Assembly (NCBI RefSeq): GCF_002113885.1
Contig: NW_018404512.1
Location: forward strand, 1,071,642-1,135,641
DNA from: Mizuhopecten yessoensis
Taxonomy: Eukaryota
Length of the DNA: 64,000 bases
Reading direction: 5' to 3'
Shown here: piece after piece, positions 39,818 through 53,500 of the stretch
Numbering within the stretch: position 1 is the stretch's first letter
How the letters are laid out: every line of letters begins with the position of its first letter
The notes under the pieces: generated by a model
Told to the model about the DNA's origin: nothing
The model's database searches: none
Seen by the model: the letters and a program-made list of their open reading frames with translations, nothing else
Position numbers and translations under genes: made by a program

Positions 39818-42800
39818 CAAGTGTATAACCTAGGTTTCTGCTTGACTGACTTACTTTGTACAAGTGTATAACCTAGGTTTCTGTTTGACTGACTTACTTT
39901 GTACAAGAGTATAGGCCTAGGTTTCTGCTTGACTGACTTACTTTGTACAAGTGTATAGACCTAGGTTTCTGCTTGACTGACTTTTTTGTACAAGTGTATA
40001 GACCTAGGTTTCTGTTTGACTGAATTATTTTGTACAAGTGTATAGACCTAGGTTTCTGTTTGACTGACTTACTTTGTACAAGTGTATAGACCTTGGTTTC
40101 TGTTTGACTGACTTACTTTGTACAAGTGTATAGGCCTAGGTTTCTGCTTGACTGACTTACTTTGTACAAGTGTATAGACCTTGGTTTCTGTTTGACTGAC
40201 TTATTTTGTACAAGTGTATAGACCTAGGTTTCTGTTTGACTGACTTACTTTGTACAAGAGTATAGGCCTAGGTTTCTGCTTGACTGACTTACTTTGTACA
40301 AGTGTATAACCTAGGATTCTGTTTGACTGACTTACTTTGTACAAGTGTATAGACATAGGTTTTTGTTTGACTGACTTACTTTGTACAAGTGTATAACCCT
40401 TTGTACAAGTGCATAACCTAGGATTTTGTTTGACTGACTTACTTTGTACAAGTGTATACCTAGGTTTCTGTTTGACTGACTTACTTTGTACAATTGTATA
40501 ACCTAGGTTTCTGTTTGACTGACTTACTTTGTACAATTGTATAACCTAGGTTTCTGTTTGACTGACTTACTTTGTACAATTGTATAACCTAGGTTTCTGT
40601 TTGACTGACTTACTTTGCAGACTTACCTTAAGTTTACCCCATTCTGCCTTGTGTACAAGTGTATAACCTAGGTTTTTGATTGACTGACTTACTTTGTACA
40701 AGTGTATAGACCTAGATTTCTGTTTGATTGACTTACCTTGTACAAGTGTATAGGCCTAGGTTTCTGTTTGACTGACTTACCTTGTGCAAGTGTATAGGCC
40801 TAGGTTTCTGTTTGACTGACTTACTTTGTACAAGTGTATAACCTATGTTTTGGTTTGACTGACTTAATTTGTACAAGTGTATAGACCTAGGTTTCTGCTT
40901 GACTGACGTACTTTGTACAAGTGTATAGACCTAGGTTTCTGTTTGACTGACTTTCTTTGTACAAGTGTATAGGCCTAGGTTTCTGTTTGACTGGCTTACC
41001 TTGTGCAAGTGTATAGGCCTAGGTTTCTGTTTGACTGACTTACCTTGTGCAAGTGTATAGGCCTAGGTTTCTGTTTGACTGACTTACTTTGTCCAAGTGT
41101 ATAGACCTAGGTTTCTGTTTGACTGACTTACTTTGTACAATTGTATAACCTAGGTTTCTGTTTGACTGACTTACTGTGTACAAGTGTATAGGCCTAGGTT
41201 TCTGCTTGACTGACTTACTTTGTACACGTGTATTGACCTTGGTTTCTGTTTGACTGACTTATTTTGTACAAGTGTATAGACCTAGGTTTCTGTTTGACTG
41301 ACTTATTTTGTACAAGTGTATAGACCTAGGTTTCTGCTTGACTGACGTACTTTGTACAAGTGTATAGACCTAGGTTTCTGTTTGACTGAATTATTTTGTA
41401 CAAGTGTATAGACCTAGGTTTCTGCTTGACTGACGTACTTTGTACAAGTGTATAGACCTAGGTTTCTGTTTGACTGAATTATTTTGTACAAGTGTATAGA
41501 CCTAGGTTTCTGTTTGACTGAATTATTTTGTACAAGTGTATAGACCTAGGTTTCTGCTTGACTGACGTACTTTGTACAAGTGTATAGACCTAGGTTTCTG
41601 TTTGACTGAATTATTTTGTACAAGTGTATAGACCTAGGTTTCTGCTTGACTGACTTACTTTGTACACGTGTATTGACCTTGGTTTCTGTTTGACTGACTT
41701 ATTTTGTCCAAGTGTATAGACCTAGGTTTCTGTTTGACTGAATTATTTTGTACAAGTGTATAGACCTAGGTTTCTGCTTGACTGACTTTTTTGTACAAGT
41801 GTATAGACCTAGGTTTTTGTTTGACTGACTTAATTTGTACAAGTGTATAGACCTAGGTTTCTGTTTGACTGAATTATTTTGTACAAGTGTATAGACCTAG
41901 GTTTCTGTTTGACTGACTTACTTTGTACAATTGTATAACCTAGGTTTCTGTTTGACTGACTTACTTTGTACAATTGTATAACCTAGGTTTCTGTTTGACT
42001 GACTTACTGTGTACAAGTGTATAGGCCTAGGTTTCTGCTTGACTCACTTACTTTGTACAAGTGCATAACCTAGGATTTTGTTTGACTGACTTACTTTGTA
42101 CAAGTGTATAACCTATGTTTCTGTTTGACTGACTTACTTTGTACAAGTATAGACCTAGGTTTCTGTTTGACTGACTTATTTTGTACAAGTGTATAGACCT
42201 AGGTTTCTGTTTGACTGAATTATTTTGTACAAGTGTATAGACCTAGGTTTCTGTTTGACTGAATTATTTTGTACAAGTGTATAGACCTAGGTTTCTGTTT
42301 GACTGAATTATTTTGTACAAGTGTATAGACCTAGGTTTCTGCTTGACTGACGTACTTTGTACAAGTGTATAGACCTAGGTTTCTGTTTGACTGAATTATT
42401 TTGTACAAGTGTATAGACCTAGGTTTCTGCTTGACTGACTTACTTTGTACAAGTGTATAGCCCTAGGTTTTTGTTTGACTGACTTACTTTGTACAAGTGT
42501 ATAGACCTAGGTTTCCGCTTGACTGACTTACTTTGTACAAGTGTATAGGCCTAGGTTTCTGTTTGACTGACTTACCTTGTGCAAGTGTATAGGCCTAGGT
42601 TTCTGTTTGACTGACTTACTTTGTACAAGTGTATAACCTAGGTTTCTGTTTGACTGACTAACCTTGTACAAGTGTATAGGCCTATGTTTCTGTTTGACTG
42701 ACTTACTTTGTACAAGTGTATAGACCTATGTTTCTGTTTGACTGACTTACTTTGTACAAGTGTATAGACCTAGGTTTCTGTTTGACTGACTTACTTTGTA

Positions 42801-43272
42801 CAAGTGTATAGACCTAGATTTCTGTTTGATTGACTTACCTTGTACAAGTGTATAGGCCTAGGTTTCTGTTTGACTGACTTACCTTGTGCAAGTGTATAGG
42901 CCTAGGTTTCTGTTTGACTGACTTCCTTTGTACAAGTGTATAGACCTAGGTTTCTGTTGGACTGACTTACTTTGTACAAGTGTATAACCTAGGTTTCTGT
43001 TTGACTGACTTACTTTGTACAAGTGAATAACCTAGGTTTCTGTTTGACTGACTTTTTGTACAAGTGTATAACCTAGGTTTCTGTTTGACTGACTAACCTT
43101 GTACAAGTGTATAGGCCTATGTTTCTGTTTGACTGACTTACTTTGTACAAGTGTATAGACCTAGGTTTCTGTTTGACTGACTTACTTTGTACAAGTGAAT
43201 AACCTAGGTTTCTGTTTGACTGACTTTTTGTACAAGTGTATAACCTAGGTTTCTGTTTGACTGACTTACTTT
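39818..43272. repeat. 43/44-bp minisatellite, ~79 copies, derived from the surrounding LINE ORF2
   Basis: Unit tgtacaagtgtatagacctaggtttctgtttgactgacttactt. Its minus strand reads SKSVKQKPRSIHLYK, continuous with the LINE frame on both sides. Confidence 0.97.
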
Positions 43273-43639
43273 ACAGTCTTACCTCGACATACACTGCATC
43301 GTCATCCGACAACCCTGGTAGTGTGGTGACTCGACTGACCAAGGTGGGATTGCTTGTCAGGAAAAGATCCAGGATATTATCCTCGCTGGTTGGTTTACTT
43401 ACCATTTGTCAAGGTTATGATCGTCCATGATATTGATGAACTCTTGGTATATGGGAGTGATGGGCTGATCGTCCTTCCAGTTTGTAAAGAATCCTCCCAT
43501 GTGAATCGGGGGAAATTTAAATCACCCAATATCCAAGTATGACTCTCGTCATTTGTTTTTTGTTTTAATGTGTCTGATTTAGTAAGCTCTTCCACACTCA
43601 CCTTATCATGCTCCTTTGGCTTGTAATAGGAGGCTGCAT

Positions 43640-44408
43640 CACAGGTACTAGCCTCGTCTGTCAATACACCTATAATTTACTCAAGGTTACTAACTCTCTC
43701 CCTCTAGTAAAATGAGCCCGTTCCAGAAACTATGTGATTTTGTCATAACCGTTCATAGTATCACATCGGGAGTAGTCTAGATCGACAGGGAAATATTGTT
43801 TCTTTAATTTGATGTATGATTTGCCATATTTCATGCAGGTCAATTTTCGGTAGACTTCATGAAATATCGAAAAATGGTCGACCTCTGCGCTGATTGGTCC
43901 GTTAAATTGAGAAGCCAATCAGCACAGAGGTCACAGAAGTTAGAGAAAATGGCAGGCTTTGTTCAGATTTCCGATCGTCAGCCCGAACAGCTTGAAAACT
44001 GTACTCGGGTGTCCGACATGATAATGTAACGTCATGAACTATAATACAAGTAAGTTTGTTTCCTAGAAACACTTTACCGACATTGAATAGTGGACATGGC
44101 GTGTGTTAGGCGCTACCCACTAGGGATAAAGTGTGTCATCCCGAGGACAGCACAGCGTCCAACCAACTGAAATTCGATCATTTTTCGATGTTTCTTAAAG
44201 TCTTACGAAAAGTATACTGCATGATATATGGCAAATCATACATCAAATTAAAGAAAACAAATGTTTCCTGTCGATCGATACTGCTACCGACGTCATATTG
44301 TGACACCATTGCATGTTTTATGTAACGGGGTCATTTTACTAGGGGGACGGGGTTAGCAACCTAGATTATATTATAGGTGTATTGACAGACGAGAGTCTAG
44401 TACCTGTG
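43640..44408. mobile_element. MITE / non-autonomous DNA transposon with ~250-bp imperfect TIRs and 7-bp TSD
   Basis: Ends cacaggtactag...ctagtacctgtg, flanked by gctgcat / gctacat. Removing the element and one TSD restores the LINE reading LYVASYYKP. Confidence 0.88.
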
Positions 44409-47400
44409 GCTACATATAGCGGTTTAGAATCACAGATTTCTTATCTCACCCGAATCAGCTCACAGTTGGTCGTAAGATGTGGTTGACCACATCCTCGATC
44501 TCTCTACACTCTTGGAATATGTCATAGCAAAATTAAAGGCACGGAGATAGCTGTTTGATTGGTTTCATGTGGAAAAAACCTGACCAATCGCTAGACTGAT
44601 ACCTCTCCTCTGGAGATTACAAAGGAGAGACGCCCGACTTCAAAACCTGTCCATTTTTACAGTTAAATGATGAAAGACATGTCCTTGGTACAGAGACACA
44701 TACATCGACATGAAGATATAAGGGAGATAACTCGTATGGAACTGTTACAATTGACAAATTCTGGTTACAAAAAAAGCGATATAAAATGAATAAGGTAATT
44801 GACGCTGTTGCATAAACGATGAATAGCAATATGTTGCAGCAAAATATCTTCTTTGTTTGGCTTTCTGCATCCTCAAATAAATATTTCATTTCTTCATATA
44901 TTTACCAGTTATTTTACACTAAACAAGTTAATTAAGTACCTTTCATAATTGAACTTTGCAACGGACTTTGAGCACTTCTACTCACACAGGTGTTAGGTTT
45001 CACATCCCTAGTACCCCGAGGTGGCAGAAATAGCAGTCACTTTTTCCCAATATTGTTTTGTGGTTCACCTCGCAGGAATCTTTCACAATTATTAGAACGT
45101 AGCTTTCGGGCGCTGAAGGGGCCCGAGCGAAGCTCTTTAATTACATATGCGTGCGTAAACAGAGTTGTTCCATATTGCCTTCAATTTTGTTATCGCCCGG
45201 AAGTAGACGTCAAAGGGGGAAACCGGAAGTGTATTATTGATGCAAAGACAATTGTGTTTCAATCCATACATGGACATCTTAATATAGTGAAAACAATCTT
45301 CATGTTTTATTACTTGTTTATTTAGATAAAAAAACTAGTATACATTCCTAGTAAAAAAGGTAATCACACAAAATGTTATACAAACAGGCATGAACTTTCG
45401 TTCAGAGATTATCAAACTATGACGTCACAAACACGTCCCACTCAATCGGCTTTCATCGGTTATTTTCGGAAGGATGAAAAATAACCGGAACATTTTGGAA
45501 CTGATGTCCTTTGCATTTATCTCTTTCTCGGAGCTTAAAGACTTTTTTTTAATTCAGTTTTTGCCACAGGGACACCAAGTAAAAATGCGTATATTTTCTC
45601 GAGATCCTTTTTGTCATCAGCCAGATTCTGTTAAAATTTCTACCGGGAGATATCTTCAAAAAGAGCCGGCTTTAAACCAATAAGTCAACGTGTACATTTA
45701 TGTTTTCATCATCAAAAATTTCATCAGCTTTTGATTTCCATTTGTTGAGAATACGAACGAAACATTTTACATTTTTGAAAGTCTGGTTACAGTGTTTACA
45801 TAATTTAGTTATGCATCGCCACCACTCGTAAAAGAAACAATAATTAATGCATTAATGTCGAAATCAGCAAAAACGCCTCTTTTCAGCAACGTATTACTTG
45901 TTCACAACGCGTGCCGATTTATAACTAGTAACAGACAGAAACTGTTTAATTCTATTTGGCATCATTACCTGTCAAACCTCGGTGACAGTTACACAATTTG
46001 ATATTCAATCCGGTGTTTCAGGATGGAATAGTAATTGAGACTGCATATCGATATAACGACAATCTCAGTTACATCAAAGTATTACAATGTTGTTGTTTTT
46101 TTCTTTCTCTTTTTAACTTACATCTCTATACACTTATTTAGACTAATTGTCAAATATGTAATATGCACTTTTTTCTGTAGCAATAACCAAACAGATTTTT
46201 CCCAATTTATCTCAATCATTCTTTTTTTGTGCCGTGACGGAATCACGCAGAGGATTTAATTCTTAATGTGGGAGAAAGCTAGAAAAATCCAATGTAAAAT
46301 AACTAAACAATAGAACATAACTTTTGAGAGGGTAGAAAGAAAACCATGATCTCGCTTCTAGTAATGCGAACTTTCTGTAATACTATACTGCTGTACGATA
46401 AGAATTTATTGAAATATCAATTTGGGACTGAACAGGTTCAGCCAATGATACCGTGGCAAGTTCGACCCATGTAACACATACAAAGTCGTAAAATTGGCGG
46501 TAAAATCTGACGTTGCATGCTTCAGGACGTCATAATTGAGCTGATTCCAATGAGAACCGAACTTAAGCGAATGACTGTCCGAACTCACCCTATGGTGGGG
46601 CTTGTTCGGCCATCAGATTTTCCGTTATGAAAAGTTAAATAAGGTTCAAAAACGGACGTGCGGCTATACTCCCAAGAACGGACCATGACAGAAATGGGCC
46701 GAACTTGCCCCGGTTTCCCCTATTGTTATGTCGGTCATAATCACATTAGAGCTTGTGTTTTTTTGGTATTCCTCGACTTGGCGACATTAAATAAAGTTTA
46801 TCTTATCTCATTCTGAAAGCAGTATTCTAAATCAGTAAATATCAGAGCTCAACAAAAGCTACGCTCTTTTACGGCTTTTCATATTAAGTGGTATTTTGTG
46901 TTTTTGAAGTTGTCTCCCTTTCTTCATAGCTTACAGGTTTTAGTGGCAGCCATAATACTCAGAATAGTGTTGGTACTTTTAAGACTATCTTTCTGACATT
47001 ATCTACAGTTATCTCACTATTAAACTGTCGAGGAAGGGATCGCAGTCTGTCGATCAACCTTTGCTGATCCTGTAAAACTATTGGATATATATTTTGTTTG
47101 TGTTTTGTTTTTTTTGTATTTGACTTTCTTTCCTCACCTTGTAATATCTGGAGGCAACCAGTTTGCAATTCTTAGTCCTCGTTTACATTAGGGTCGACTT
47201 TTTATATCATCAACATATTCTTATACATCGTATGCACTTTGTAACGACTATGTGTGTGATAAATTAGCTTTAGTTATTTCCAAAGAATGAAATAATCGCT
47301 GAAGCCCATTCATTAGATAACTTTATCAATAAGTCCAAGGGGAACAATGCATCTTAATTAGACAATGTGTTTCACGGAATCAATAGCACTCTTTGTGTGT

Positions 47401-47579
47401 GGTACGTGCTGTTGGATTGGTCTCTCGATAGAAGGGGAATTCCCCGTTATGTTAATTACATAGTAACTAGTAATATGTGCACCTACCCAATGGGAATATA
47501 GATATTTAAGTGGTATGCAAGAGGGCATTCTTTAAACCGCTGTTCTGCTATTGACGAGCATGAACGTTCCAGTGATAAA

Positions 47580-50500
47580 ATGTTATTAATTACTGCAAAT
47601 GCGATACTACTCGCCTTCATCAACCTGTTACAGAATACAGGAGCACAAGGTATGGACACGTTTCAGTCTAATCAGTCCCCGTTATAGCTTAATACTTCAT
47701 GCTTTATATGTATTTCTACAAATCTACCATTTTTTTATGCTTTAGACATCTGAGTTAACATTATAATGTTTGCATGTTTTTTAATGCCAATCATCCGATA
47801 TTGACTCTATTAAAGACGCCGATGAATGTTTCTACGATCAATTAGTTTGCAATTGCTTACTATTCGGCATTTAAATTTTTAATATCATTGATTACTGATT
47901 TTAATGAATAACATATCTTAACATATGCAGGAATTAGTTACATCTGTTTTTACGAAAAAATCGTATTTGATCATCGATATTCCTTTTTTGATATTTAAGG
48001 CAGCCTTAACTTTGATGAAGCTTTATTTGTAGCTTTTTACGAAATTTTGTTTTGTTTTCAGTTGTTATCAAAGCAGTATAAGTTATATTATGTACTCCTC
48101 CTGTCTGAGCTGACTTTACATTTGGTTCTAAGGACAGATTTCACTTTGCTATCTTGAATCATCATTAGTCCTACAATACTCTGTGGTGTACATGTATATA
48201 CGTATTCTACATTAGCTGGTTCTTGTTCATATACTGACATAAATCAGAAGCGTAGGAATGTTAACGTTATTCTCAAATACATAACGAATTGTTAGGTTGT
48301 AATGGGTTTTTTTTCGGGAAGGCAATGTCAAACTAAGTCCTGAAATGTATCAAAACATGTACAGCTGTGCATTATTTCACCAATGTAAATATTTGATTGG
48401 ATTAAAAAAATACAAAATATAAAAATATCTTAATGATCGTTACGCAAGTTTATTTCTCTTGTCATATTGATTTCATTTTATCGCGAACAAAACAAGTGTC
48501 TTAATAAGTGTCATATGACAATGACCTTTTGTTTATTCATGTAAACAGTTACAAAGAGATTTTATGGAAGCAAGAACATATTGTTCTTTCATTTACTAGG
48601 GAGTTTCATAAAGTTACTAACATGTGTGTACATATGTAAGTAACGATTTGAACGAAATAGACACGGCCGTAAACAAATAATACTACATTCTTCAATGCGT
48701 ATGCCTTGTTGTATAACCGTTATAGACTGAATGATGACTATGCTGTAGGGCCTGGTTAAAGTTCTACAGTTAAATTCAATGTTTAACCGGAGCACTCCGG
48801 TACAAGATAGCTATTATAATCCTGAGCTTGGTTTTGTTGGTTAATTGGTTGTATAGGGTTTAACGTCATATTAGTAACTAAGGTTTGTTAAGGACGTATG
48901 TGATCACTGACTAAGAAAACACGTAAACTACTAAATTGTATTTACATTCTGTATGCTTGGACCCATTGGCGAAAATTACATTTATATTTTCATAATACAG
49001 GTGACCTCATCACTGCGTATTGGTACTTTTTACTCTTGGGAGCAGGTATTGATTGTTACGTCATTGGTCTGTGTGAGAAAATTATGTCGTGTTCTCAAAA
49101 ATTGATGACGTTTCTCTCACAAACAAGTGACGTAACAATCAATACCTGCTCCCAAGAGAAGATAAATCTGCAATACGCAAAGACGGAATAGCTCAAATGA
49201 GGTGTGTAAGGTGCATGACAATAATATCCGACTTGTGTACATTCTACAAATTAAGTTTTGAAATAGGAAATATATTCTGTTTGTTTTGTTGTCATGTTGC
49301 TAGGACCCCCAGCAAAAGTTTTGTATTTTCCCGAAAAAACACAATGAAAGCATAAATAAAAATAATTCCGGCATTTGTTTTTATTGCTGTTCGTTACTAC
49401 ATAAATAAATAGAAACAAATGCCGGTATTATTGGTATTTATACTTTCATCAGAAAAAATCAAAGCACTTAAAAATGTAAATAAAAGGAATGAAATTATTT
49501 TTTTCAACATTCATGAGGTCATAACAAAATTGGCTTTCTGAACATATACCATGAATCGCGTTAGAGATATTGCGGTGTACTGTGGTGGTGATTAAATCAT
49601 ACAAGTAAAAAGAAAATTGCATATTATATATATATATATTTTACGCCTTTGATCTCTTGTTGTAACTAAATGTATTCCTGCTTGCTGCTTACGTCTCCTT
49701 GCTAAGGTATATTGTGTTTTAATGGTGGTGATCAACTTGAGTCGCATCATGGATATAGTTAAGTTTGGTTTCAGTAAAGAAGAAATTAGGTGTAGCTCAC
49801 CAAACACTCGCTTAAATGGTATTTAACTTCCATTTTAGCTTCCTATCAAAACAATAATAGAAAAGTTGAACGTTCATATACCACAAGGTCAAAAATATAT
49901 GCCAAATTCCGAACCGAGCGTACTTCAAACAGATTTTAAATAAACGTCAACAACTATGTCTGATCTTTGTTAGTCAAAATGTTAACAAGTATTATGAAAC
50001 ATTAACCACTTTTCAAACCGCATGATACTTACATTTGTACATGTATTTTCAATTTTTTTTTATGACAAAATGTACTTCAAATCGCAAACAGATGACATGG
50101 CTTCACATATGTAATGTGCCCTGTAGAAACACTGTTTATCATTTTCAATGTGAAAAATCCAAAACGAGTATCATCAATCTTATATGAAGGGAAACGAATG
50201 ACAGATTCTTTTGATCACATATATATATTTTTTGGGATATAGTTGTTTTTTTTGACCTGGTATTTTTTGCGATAATAAATTATCTCTTTATCCTAAAGGT
50301 GATATTATAAATATACATACATATCATATATAGAGGATCTGTCATAATTTTCCCTTTATAATCGATTTATGATACAAGGATTGGATTTTTTGTGTTAACG
50401 AGCCTCTGGCTAGAAAATATAAAAAATCCAAAACGAGTATCATATATCTAATATGAAGGGAAACGAATGACAGATTCTTTTTATCATATGATACAAAGTA

Positions 50501-53500
50501 AACTGTATAATTGTGATATGAACAAATATTTTGCACTTGGCTGCACCTGAAACGATGAAAATTGCGTCCGCTTCACAATGACGTGACGTCACATTGATTG
50601 TTCCTATTCGATTGTGACGTCATTTCCGGAGTGATATTGCACACGTTACATAAACTTAATTCATGTGATGGCTTTATGACACTGCATAGCACGGTATGTA
50701 TATGATAAATGTTTATACAGTACTTACATTGAAATCAACATACTGTTCGATCATTACAAAAGCATTACTAACAGGGCCTCATAGAAACTAGAGAAGTCAT
50801 TGGGTGCCCATCATGTTAGAGCGTCAGACATTTACATCATTAGTTACATGAGTCTTCTTTTTTCAACAGTATATAAATATACAATAAAGTAAAACGGTGA
50901 CATTTCAAATTTAAAAACAGATTTCATGATATAAGGGCGGGCGTTACTCACCATCATTCGCTTACAAAATAAAAGCAGCACTATTTTTAAATATACACTT
51001 GTTCGTCGATGATACTTGTTTCAGAAACTGTGGTCTATTTGGGTGATGCTATTACATTACCTTAATATCTTATGTAAGAATACAAGGTACTGACACCTGG
51101 TATATATTCGGGTAATCATCCTGTTTACGGAACACCCACTCACCGATACAGGTACATCATTAATTTGTGAACTCGACAGCCGTTATATATAGGATATAGA
51201 AACATCATCAACAAACTTCTACCTCTTTTTAGTATTATTCAACCATTAGGCAGTGAGTAGCTTTCTCTGTAGATGTAATGGAAGCCCTTGGTTATGTGAT
51301 AATGTCAAGGGAATTTGATGATTTTGATACGCAATCCACCCAACTATAAGTATGATATGTGTCTCAATGTTACAGTTATACAAAACATTTTTGTTCTCTT
51401 AATTAATATGATTGATTTGTATTCTATACAGACCCCTGTCTTCCGACAACCTACCACCTTCTTGATGACTCATGGCGCTCGTCTGAATATGATGAATCTG
51501 ATGTCGGGTGTGATATAACCTTGACGGAGAGATGGTACCGCCCCGTTTCCGGTGCTGGTGTTTCCATGCCGACGGACGCACCGGCCCTGAACAAATGTGG
51601 TACTAGGTTTCCGATATGGATGGATGACGGTAGGTGTACTCCCTCCCCGAACAACATGTCATCTTTTTTTGTATTAATGAACAGTGGGGAGATCACAAAG
51701 GTATCTTTTCTACTGCTAAAAAGTTCTCGTGTACATTATCCTATCTACAAGTTGGTTAGCTGACAGCTATATCTTAACCAAAACTTCAGCAATTGTCACA
51801 CTCTTTGTGTTTCTACCTATAGGTTTAAGATATCATTGTGTTTATTGATAGGAAAGTTTAAACTAAAATAAAGTTATATCCCTCATACAAAGTAATATCC
51901 CTCACACAAAGTAATATTCTTCATACATTATTTACCTAGTTGTTACTTCAATGTCAGCTTTCTGGTGTATTAGACCGGGTATGCCTATGTCTATGAAGAT
52001 TCATCTAATGTGTTTCATGCGTTTGTGATCTAACTTGGGTCCCAAAATGTTCATTCTCTCCTGCAATGTGCTTTGCACGAAAATGTCTGTCCTGCCGATG
52101 TGATGTCTCCTCATTCTCTTATGATGTCATATTTGCTTTTTTCTTAGTATTTTGTTGTTTTTCAACGCATTTTTCAATTATCCTTTTCACTTTTCGGTAA
52201 AAAGACTATAGGAAACTATCAGGGAAGTGCTTTTTATCTTGAAATAAAAAGGTAATATTTCTTCTTTTACAGTTTTACCAGACACCTCAGACATAACAAG
52301 TGTAAATGTATGTATGCGAAGCCTGTATTCAGCCTGCAAACATACATGGAGCATACGGGTGAAGAAGTGTAGTTCATTTTATGTCTATGAACTAACACAA
52401 ACAAGTCTTTGTGCAGCTGCGTATTGTTTCGGTACGTAAACTCTCCTGCTTCTTTTTATAATTGATTATCATGTTTTTTTATATAACTTCATAATTATCT
52501 TTATGTGCATAACAATGGCTAGCAAAAGCGTGTAGAAATATCATCAAAAATTCACCAAGCAAATTAACAAACCATTATTAGAAAAGGCAAACGTCAAAAC
52601 CTTTTCACATATACATCACACATATAAATTAATAATGTCTCGGATTACTTATGCCGTTTGAAACAAGTTGCAATATTTAATAAATAAAAAGAAGAGAGAA
52701 AATACCAAATTATTTTGAAATTATATATATTAATAGTATGCAGATAGCTGTATTGAAGTTCTTGTGCTAGTGGTTTTAGTACATTTCAACGTACTCCTGA
52801 CATGATTGATGTAATGTTCTAAATAGCAAAGTGATATTCAACACCATGTCCATATTAAAAACAATAATGCTGAGGTTCTGCTAAACATGTACAATGTATC
52901 ATATTGAAGAAAGGTTATTCGGTTTGCTGTTTGTGATAACTATAAAAGGTAAAACATGTACCAATGATATTTTACTACCAAGGATGTTTGATATTTTTAG
53001 GGTCTGAATTACCGTGTCCTGTCGGGCAAACATCTGACACTGGCTTCACTCCTGGATGTGGAGGTAGGTTAAATTACATTGACTATTTAATTCCAGTAGT
53101 TGTCAATAAGGAGGTAAATACTGTTAAAGCAGCATATATTAATCAAGGAGAGAAATAAAGGTGTCGTTAACTTTAATTAGACTAATTAAAGTCAATGACT
53201 TCTGTCAGATTTACTGTAGACATGACAACGTTTATAGTACAACAGTAATGATAATAATGTATTGCTCGAAATCTCACGTATGTGAAATTTAATCTGGAAT
53301 AAACATACAAATGGTAACAACATGAAGTTTAAAACGTTGCATAATAATGGTGACCTCTGTTCACGTCTTTCTTGTCATTTATTTCTGTTGTGAAAGTCGG
53401 TTAAACATAAGGACCGAGATTTGTTATTCCTTCTGCCGTGTAAACTGTAGTAACAGTTTTTGTTTCTCCTTAGTTTCAGAAGTTTCATTGTTGTGCAATG

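Larger units (their letters stand above)
37430..44492 (-). mobile_element. Degraded CR1-clade LINE (APE endonuclease + RT + 3'UTR), interrupted by a minisatellite and a MITE
   Basis: NCELIRV..KPLYVA/SYYKP, WILGDLNFP, NILDLFLTSNP..PGLSD, LNPNKAARPD, LDLSKAFHKVNHSKLL, SGVPQGSVYGP and LFADD occur in order. The 3' end reads cgttgcaggatttacagatgtatag. Confidence 0.92.

Noticed and set aside
1-43272. Palindromic 4-6-mers (tgtaca, ctag, gtatac, cctagg) shared among minisatellite units as a common mechanism
   Set aside because: Such short words are expected by chance in units of this length. No enrichment test was possible.
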